Source: a virus
Taxonomy: Duplodnaviria; Caudoviricetes
Length of the DNA: 37,851 nt
IMG/VR virus record: IMGVR_UViG_3300006119_000026
Coordinates: 1 to 37,851 of that record
Strand: one strand, 5' to 3'
Shown piece after piece: positions 19,901 through 28,900 of the stretch. The notes under the pieces were generated by a model. The model searched no databases and had not been told where the DNA came from. It was given only the letters and a program-made list of their open reading frames with translations. Position 1 is the stretch's first letter. The number at the start of each line of letters is the position of its first letter. The position numbers and the translations under genes are program-made.

Positions 19901-22900
19901 CGAAGGGCCTTCATGGCTGCCAGGCGATTGGGATCAAACCCGGAAGCGATCAGCTTTTCGTAATCCGGCTCTGGGAAGTTTTTGGAAAGCGTGATGTCGG
20001 AGTTTTTCTCCGGCAAATCCTGGGAAATAGCGTCCGAAAACACCTTCCAGGAATCTTTTCTTGCACCCTCGATCTTCTCGCCAAAATCCTTGATCTCGGA
20101 TGGGGTAGATTGCCCCCCAAAAAGGTCCGATCCTGGTTTTGCTTCAGCGGCGGGAGCCTTGATCGAGTCAAGCGCCTTGGAGAGCGTTGAGGGATCGCTA
20201 TTGGCTAAGAGGCTTTCCTTGGTGGCGGTGAGGGGACGTTGACCGGCTTCGATGGCAAGCTGGGCCACGGCTGATTCAGGAATGGCCTCCAAGCGTTGGC
20301 GGTTTGAATCCTCAAGATTGTTTTCTTGGCTGTGCGGCTGCGATTGTTCGGGAGCGGGGGCTTCTTCTCCGTCCGGCTTGATAAAGGAAAATAGATCCAT
20401 CGCCTCGTTGGCCGGGATGTCGAGATCACGCATGGCAGCCTCGGCTTTCGTTTCTGGATCCGTGATCCCTTCCTTCTCTAGCGCGTTGTTGTAGGCTTCG
20501 ATTTCTTGTTTATGGGACGCAAACAGGTCTGGCGTGTATCCATGTTCAAAAAGGTCTCCCTGGGAATCTTCTGAATTAGCCCTGCGGGAGAAGAGCGCCT
20601 GCCCCTCCTGGACCGAATTTCTCATTTCTGGAGTGATGTCGATTTTCCAGATTGGGCGCGCTCCTATGGCTACTCCTGTTTTCTCGTCGTCATTTGCCAT
20701 TCCTCGCGTCGCCGGGTTTTTCGGGTCGAGATAGAATTGCTCAACTCTACCTCCCCATTGTTTGACGTATTTCCCGACTTCCTTGGGAAGGATCTGATCG
20801 TAAAAACCTTTCATGCCCTCGCCGCCTACCTTAAGGTCTAGGCCTCGCAGTATTGTAGCTCCGGAAAATGAATCTTTTTCGCCCTCTCCATTGGCAATTT
20901 TCTCTGCAATTTCTTTTCCTACGTTATCGGAGAGTTCCGCTTCTTTGAGGTCGTTACCCAAAGAGGACCATTCTCCATTCCTGCCTTTGGGAATAAATTG
21001 AACCTTATAGGTTCCATCATCTCGTTTGACGTATTTGAGTGCATCAACCTGTTTGCTCAAGTCATAGCGTTCGGCCTGGGTGTCTCCGCTCGTCCAGCCG
21101 ATCCATTCCTTGCCGCTTGCGATAGCATCACGCAAAGCGCGTTTGAACATCTGGACTGACCAATCTTTGCGGAAGGGGGCGTCGGGGATGCCTGCTTCAG
21201 GAATTAACTTTCTAGCTGCCGCAATAGATTCCTCTGGGGTGTCTTTGTATGTGCCGCTGACATACTCCCCTGCATTGTTCCACACACCATAAGAAGGCCC
21301 GTCGCGTCGCACCTCATATCCTTCAGGGAGTCCTTTTTCTGGAATGCTTTTTTGATACCCTTTTTCTCGTCCCTTCTGATGCCTGTCAGACTGAATCTCT
21401 TCGATGAAAAGACCAGGTCTCCCGTCAGCATCTTTGCGCTCATCTAGCCTCATGTGGGCTACATAGTTTGGGATGCTGGGGAAATGGGAGGAGCGATAGG
21501 TTTCCTGATTTGGTTTTGCCAGCATCTCATCCTGAGATGCCTTCCCGAGAAGTTCATTTTTAGTTGCCGATCCCTCACGATAAACCCAACCGTCTTTGTC
21601 CCAGATGTTCCATGTGCCATCCTCCATCTGGCGAGCCTCCATCCCGGCTTTAAGATTAAGGGCATCTGATCCTGGCATTGACAGGACAACCTCCCTGTAA
21701 TTCTCGCCTCCTGGGATGGAATATCTCTTATACTTTGGCTCAGATTTTTGACGATCTAGCTTGTTGGTGTTTTCTACCAACTCTGTTTGCATCTCACTCG
21801 GGAGGTCTTGGAAATCGAGATCCTCACCTTCTCCGGAAGTAAAGGTGTATTCCTCGGAATGGGGATCATATTCCGCCGTAAATCCGTATTTTTGAGCGAT
21901 CTGCTGGGCGTCGCGTTCGGCCTGTTGTGCGGCCGGTTCTCCTAGCGTTGTTTCTTGGAATTGAACGCGCCCCTCATCTCGGAGCCACTGCATCAAGGTA
22001 TCCTTGGGAACTTTGCCTCCGTTTTGCTCGGCAAGCTCGTCAATCTTTGGAAGAATTCCGGTCCATTTCACCTCATCGGGCTTGATTCCAGAATCCGGTT
22101 TTGTGATGAGGGCCTTGATTTGATCGGCCGTTCCGGCTTTCCCTTGGATTTTTGCTTCCAGGGTTTTACCCATCTTGGAATAAAAGCCGTACTCATCGGT
22201 GTCGGCGCTGCGCGCAAGAAGGCTTGAGAGTTTTTCTCCAGCAACGACGCTCTCGCTATCGTCGCTTCTTCTGGAAAGGAGGGCAAGCTGGTCTGCCGGA
22301 GACGTGGGGGCAACCGGCCTGGATCCCTCTTCGCTTTCCAGAGAAAATGCTGGCTTGGTTTCGTCAAAGAAGCCCATGAATTCCTGCCCCTGTTTTTTCT
22401 CCAGGCTGACAAGCTCCTGCTGCTCGAACTGATTGAGCCCTTCTTCGGATCGCTTCCGAAGGAGTTGGCGCATCCTTTTAAGGGGGTCTTGCGCCCTCCT
22501 TGATGAAAGTTCCCCGGCGGTCTCTGATTTTTCGACCTTGGCTTCATGGGCCGCGATCGCGCGCTGGATTGTGCTTTCTGCCGTTTCTGTATTTCCCAGG
22601 AGATCGGGGGCATTCTCTCCTCCCTCATTACTGAATCGCTCGACGGCTGAACCGATGTCCCTCATCAGTTCCTTGAATCCCTCGATGGTAGATTCGCTAT
22701 CCACCGGCTTGATTCCCTTCTTGTTAGGCTGGAAATACTCGACCTTCTTTTCAAGCGCCCTGGCGATCATGTTCATGATCGGGCCGCTCTTCCCCATTTC
22801 CATCTGATCGGCCGCATAGCGAATGGCCGTCCCGATTTTCTCTCCGCGCTTGGAGTAGTCTGCAATGTTCTCCAGGGCTCGGCCCAAGGCATCCGCGATG

Positions 22901-25900
22901 TCGCCGCGGCCGGCCTCACGGAGGCGCAAGGCGGTCTCTGAAGAGGCTTCCAGGAGGCCGACCATCGTGGCGTGGCCGTTCTGTAGCCTTTCCGAGGTAA
23001 AAAATTCAGAGAGGGGCTTGCTATGGAATGCGGCCGCCATGACAAGGCGCTGCATATAGAACTGGGCCTGGGTCGGATTCTTGACCAGGCCGGCCATTAG
23101 GTTCCGGTCCAACCCTAGCTTCTCGCTATCCTTGATAAGGCCAATCAGGGCGGTGCGGGCCTGCTCGGGACTCATCGTCACGGGAAGGTTCACCAACCGC
23201 TCCGCCGGGATCTTCAGCGCCGCGTCGATGTCTGCGCGTGAGGCGGTATCCTGGACGACGCCCTGCGAAGGATTCAGCTTATCGACAAGCTGTTGATACT
23301 TCTTGGCCTGCTCGGGGTCCCGTAAATCATAGACACCAAGGAATCTCCCGCCCATCCATCCTTCAGGCATCCCCTGTAGCCCGAAATTCGATTCTTTGGA
23401 TTTCCAAAGATCGGAAAGGCGCTCCTGATCTTCGGCCGGGGCCAACTTGATCCCCATAAGGCGGCCGTTTCCTCCCGCCGCTTGGAGCTTCACCTGGGGA
23501 TTGCCGTCCTTGTCGTTGAAAATAGTCAAGGCGTACTGCGGGGGTCCGTCCGCGGCGCTCTTAACGTCGCTCACGATGGAATCCTCATCCAGGGCTCCCG
23601 GGAGTGCTATCTGGCGGACCTTGTTCTGCTCCGTCTCGTCGGAGTGATAGGGGCGGGTGTTCTCCCCTCCGTAATTCGGGTTAATCTGGAAATCTTCCCC
23701 GACATGAGAGGCCTCGACCCGATCCAGCGGCGCGGCAAAGTAGGCGGCCGGAATCTTTTCGCGGTTTGCTCCCAGGACATAGGTTGCTTCTCCCATGTGC
23801 ATCTGGGATAGAATCTGCTCCGCCTGGGGGCGAACATCAGCAGGGACGCTTTCGGCGATCTTCTCCGTGTCGGCGGTTTTTTCCGCCAGGATTTCAGCCG
23901 CCCTATTCTTTCTCTCCTCGGCGCGAGCCTTTTCGGCCTCGCGTTCAGCCTTTTCAGCTTCTAGCTGGGAAACTCTCTCTCGGAGCGATTCGGCTTCTCC
24001 TCCTCCACTAGGTCCTCCAGACACTCCTCCAAGTGTTCCTCCCAGTCCTTCACGGTTGGTGGCTGCCTTCTCATTTCTTGAAGGTTCCTCGCCCTGTTTC
24101 GCCACTCCTCCGCTGTTTGTATCCTGGGATCTGCTGATCTGGTCATATTTCTCCCGATACTGATCCAGGAGCTTTGCGTCAACCTGGGAACGCAGCGATT
24201 TAATGGCCTCTCGGAGGTTCCCTCGCACTTCTTCTACCGATGCAATGGTTTTTTCCGATGCCCCGGATGCACGGAGGTTATCGGCCAGTTTGGAAAGATA
24301 GGAGAAGAGCGAAGCCAGGTGATTCTTGATCTGGGCAACGATCTTGGCGGGGAGGCTCTGCTCGGTAACGAGCGCGCTGCCGTCGTGGACGTTTCCGTTT
24401 TTATCTACGGCCAGGTCATGCTGGGCCAGCATCCGGAGGAATTCATGGCCGAGCTGATAGGGAGCGTGTTGTCCTGGTTTTTCGCTGTAGATTCCCTCGA
24501 CGTGGCTCTGGAGGTCTTTGGGCAGTGAGTTGAAGAGATCGGCCGCTTCCGCGTCGGCGTAGTCGGCGGCCGTGGGCGTTTCCTCGACTTTTTTGGCGCG
24601 CACCTTGTCCAGGCTCTTAATGATGGATTCCCTGGATCGTCCCGCCTTGATCGCCTGATCAGCGAGCATCTTGTATCCCAGGGCGTGGATGGCCTCCTCA
24701 CTGACAAGCAGGCTGGCGCGAGACGGGTGTTCAAGGATCGTCTTGACGTTTTCGCTTCCATCCATCAGGTCGCCAAGGCTGATTTCGAGATTCTTGGAGT
24801 TGCGAAGCAGTACCCCTCCAGAACTCAACTTCTTGCCGGAGAAAACCACCTTTGAGAACGCATCATTCCATTTGGCGATTTCCGGCTGCAGTTTCGTGAG
24901 GACCTGGGCAATAGCCTTGAGGTGATTAACGGTGATTGGCTTCCCGTTCACCTTGACTCCCGAATTCTGAATCTGATCCAGGAGTGATTTCACCTGATCC
25001 TGATTTACCTTTTCCTGGGCCTCGGTGAGGTCCGGAGACGCGTCGGCCTTTTCGGTGGAATCTTCCTCGGGACGGAGATCCAGGAGTTTCCTGTTGGTTT
25101 CCTCTGCCTGACGGCGTTTCCCTTGATTGCTGGCAATGGCGTCGTTCGCCATTTGCTGATGTTTTTCAGGCGCCTCTCCGGGATAGCTGGCTTTCCAGTA
25201 TTCGGGATCCTCGTTGTATTCCTGGAGATGCTTTGGAAACACGCCTCCATCACTCTCGAAGTCGGCCATGACTCGCTGGCGCAACTCTTCATTGGTGATG
25301 TCTTCGGGGTAAGAAGCCTCACGGAGGCCCGCATAGTGATCTGCTACTTCTTTTTCGACTCCCTGGGATTGGAGAATTTTTGAAAGCATCGTCCCCCGTT
25401 TTGTTTGCGGGGACAGAGGGCCTTGCTGCTCTTTGTTGTCCTGGGTTTCTTTTCCGAGGATCCGCGGAGCGGGCGGATCCTGATTTTCCTCACCGGCTTT
25501 TTCTTCCGGGCTACCAACGCGGACCATATCGCTTCCAAAAAGGAGAGCATTGTCTTTGGTAAGGGCATCTTCATTTGCGTCGAGGTTGAATGTTTCGATG
25601 TGATCTCCGTTCGGGGATTTGACGGATGCGATTCGGTTGCCTTCTTTGTCGGAATCAATCGTGATGACGTAATTGTTGCCAAACGGATCTGGGGAATGGA
25701 AAACGTCGCCAGGATTGGCATTCTTCCACATTGTGGCCGCGCGCTCTTTCCTGTCTGAAAGGGGGGCCGTCTCATCAAGGGGATCGGGATCCGATGACGC
25801 TAGCTTTTCGGACTCCCCAGATTGAGTTTCAGTCTCTTGGCGATTCTCGCCACCTGGAGTCTGGTTTTCCCCTGCTTGATCTGCCGTAGCCCCAGGTTGT

Positions 25901-28900
25901 TGTGATGGCGCCTTGTTTTCATCGGATGAAGTCGTGCTGTTGATTGCGCTGATCGCGTCCTTGGCTGCCTGACCTGTGGCTCCAAGCATTTCCGCGGCGT
26001 GGGGAGCCATTCCGGAAAGCCATGCCTTGGCAGTATCCGTGATGACGGTTTTCCCCTCGTGATCTTCGATAAAGGGAACGCCGGCGCTGGTTTTGGCTTT
26101 CCCAACGGCCGCACGTTCGGTCTCGGTGAGGTTCTGGAATTCAACGCCCTGGGAGATTTTCAGCAGGGCGGACGCAAGGTCGGTCCTGTTTTCTTGGGCA
26201 ACATTGACCGGCTCGGTCCTGATTTGCTGATTGAGTGCTGCAATCTGGGGGCCAATCTTTTCAGCCTGACTGGGATCCGCGGTGATTTTCTGGAAAAGCT
26301 CGTTGCGCTGCTTGACTAGATCCTTGGTAGCCGGGGAGGTGTTGAGCGCGTCAATTTGCTGATCCGCGGCCATGAGAAGCTCCGGCTTCCCATTCCAGTT
26401 TTCAGGCAGATTGTATTTTTGCTTCAGGGCATTGATTTGAGACGCCCCCTTATATTCTCCGTATCCATGGAAAAGGCCCCAGAGGGCATCTTGGATGGTT
26501 GATTCTGTGGAAGGCTTCCAATCTTCGCCTTGGATCGCCCTGGAAGCGGAGCCAATAGCCATGTTGCTGGCGGTGGCCCCGGCTGTTCCAACCACCCCCT
26601 TTACCAGAGGAGACGCGTCCTTGAACAAAGATGCGACTCCCGCGGAAGTAAGTTTTCCGCCAACCATGTAGGCCGCTAAAGCAGGGAAGCTTTTTGCCGC
26701 CGCAAGGGATCCCGCTTCTTGTGCTTTATCCTCGATTTCCTTTTCGTCTTTTACCCCGGACTGCTGAAGTTGGGATTTGGTCGCATCATACCCCTCGCTG
26801 TAGGCTTGCGATGCTCCCTGGAGAGTAAAGCCGACAATTCCGGCCGGCCCGCTAAAAGCCATGGCGGGCAATGTGCCGACAAATCCGCCCGCCCCTTTAC
26901 CGATTTGTGCGGAAAGCGATTTGTCGGTCGGGTCAACACCGTAGGCCGCCTGGTATTCCCGGTTAAGCTGGGATAAATAATCAGCTCCAGATTTTGCCGC
27001 ATCCGCTAGACCCTGGAGGGGCTTATGGTTATCCGGGTTGGCCTCGCGTAGGTTTTGGGCGCGCTTTTTGGACCAATCAAGATCGCTCTCCATTCTGGCG
27101 ATCTTGTCCGGGTCTGCGCCCGCGGCCTTTTCAGCATCAATGGCTTTTTGCTGCTCAGAAACCTGATCCTCGGCAACGTCGGCAAGACTCTTGTTTTGGG
27201 AGGCGAAGCGAAGGATACCTCCGACTGTCGAGGGAATGATTCCTGCCAGGGATGCTCCGAAATTATTGACGGCGTTGACAAACGGGTTCCCGCTTTCGTT
27301 TCCCGATTTGATCGGTTCTTGCGCCGTTGCCTGGAGGCGCTGCCTTTCGCCCTGAATCCATTGATCCTTTGCTCTTTTTAAGATATCGACCTGGACCGCT
27401 TGCTTTTTTTGCTGGTTGTCAGCATCAAGCATTTCTTTTGCCGCATCCTGAATGGATGGATCCATCCCCTGAATGAGCGCTGATCGCTGTTTGTAGTCTT
27501 GATCGAGTTGGTCTAGCTGACCCGCGGCCGGTGCCGTAATTGGGTCCAGCTTCATTTGGTCCCGAGCTGCCTGCTGCTCTTTCTGGCGCGCCTGATTGTA
27601 GGCATCCTGCCCGGCCTGGAGCTGCTGAACTTGCTCGTTCCTGCCGGCAATCTTTTGCTGGTAGGCCTGCTGGTCCGCCTGAATCGAGGCTCCTTCCTTG
27701 TCTAGCTCTGCAATCTGCTGGGCTGTTCCCCCCTGCTGTCGTTTTGCCTGGAAATCAGCAATCCGCTTTTTCAGCGACTCTCCTTCTTGGGAGAGTTGCG
27801 CGTCGGTATCGGAAAGATTTTTCTGGGTTTCCGCTAGCGTTGCGGTGGCGTCCTCGGGCGCCATGGCGCCGATTTGCCCGGGAAAGCTACCGGCGGCCGT
27901 TCGCCTGGCCTCCTGAAGGTATCCCGCCGGCCCCATTTCCTTGAGCTGTTGCTGGCGGTTGGCAGCCTCTTGGAGCTGCTGCCTGGTTTGCTTGATCTTG
28001 GAATCGGTGTCGAGCTGCTGCGTGACAGCGTTGAGGGAAGACTGGCGCTCATCCTCGGCCTTTTGCCAGTCTGCCATGGCTTGAGCCGTGGCCTCCTTGT
28101 TTTCACCAAACCAGGAAGTAACCGGCTTGGGTTTTTCCGCGGGAGCCGAAAGAGCTTCTTTTTGGGCAAGGAGGTTTTTCTTGGCTTTTTCCGAAAGCCC
28201 CGAAGACCCCATGATCGCTTGGGTAGGGGTTGCTGGACCGGCCTCATCACCGGCATCTTCTGGGGTCTCGGGCTGCCCGGACGCGGTGCGTAAGTTTTGA
28301 ATCTGAAGGCGAAGCCCGGAAATCTTATTAGCGGTATCCTTTAATTCCTTGGCGTGGAGATGAATCGCGCTGGCAACCGCAACCTTATTGTCTTGGGACA
28401 GAACTCCCTGGTGAGGGTCAATCACCTCCCATGGCGAGTATTGATTCTGCCGATAGAGATTCTCGTCAGTCGGATCGTCGGGGTTTTTCCCGATCTTTGC
28501 ATCGGCATCAGGATTCTCGATCACTTTCCCAGGCTTTCCTCCCGGATTGTAAGTAACCTGATAAGGCCGGCCCTGTTCGTCGTATTGAACGGGGTGCCGG
28601 CGCTCGACGACGGCCTGCTGACCGGTTGAAGGATCGACCCTGGGCCGAGCGATCCCGTTTTCGTCGTAATCGTACTGGCGGCCGGTGAGCTGGCTATCCT
28701 GGCGCGCCTGTGAGTTTGCCGCCTTTTTCTGCTGGCTGTAAGCTATCTGGGCCTGCTGCTTATCGTAAGAAGCCGCCTGTTTGTCGTAATCGTTGATTAG
28801 CTTGTAGTTGTAAGTGTCGTTCTCAAGGGTTCCCGCTGGCAAAAATGTAGGCTCAATCGGGGCCTGCAGCGTTTTGGGATTCTGGATGTCTGCGTTTCCG

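Noticed and set aside
14096-28629. Many short ORFs overlapping the giant gene
   Set aside because: Alternative-frame or antisense ORFs expected in GC-rich coding DNA.
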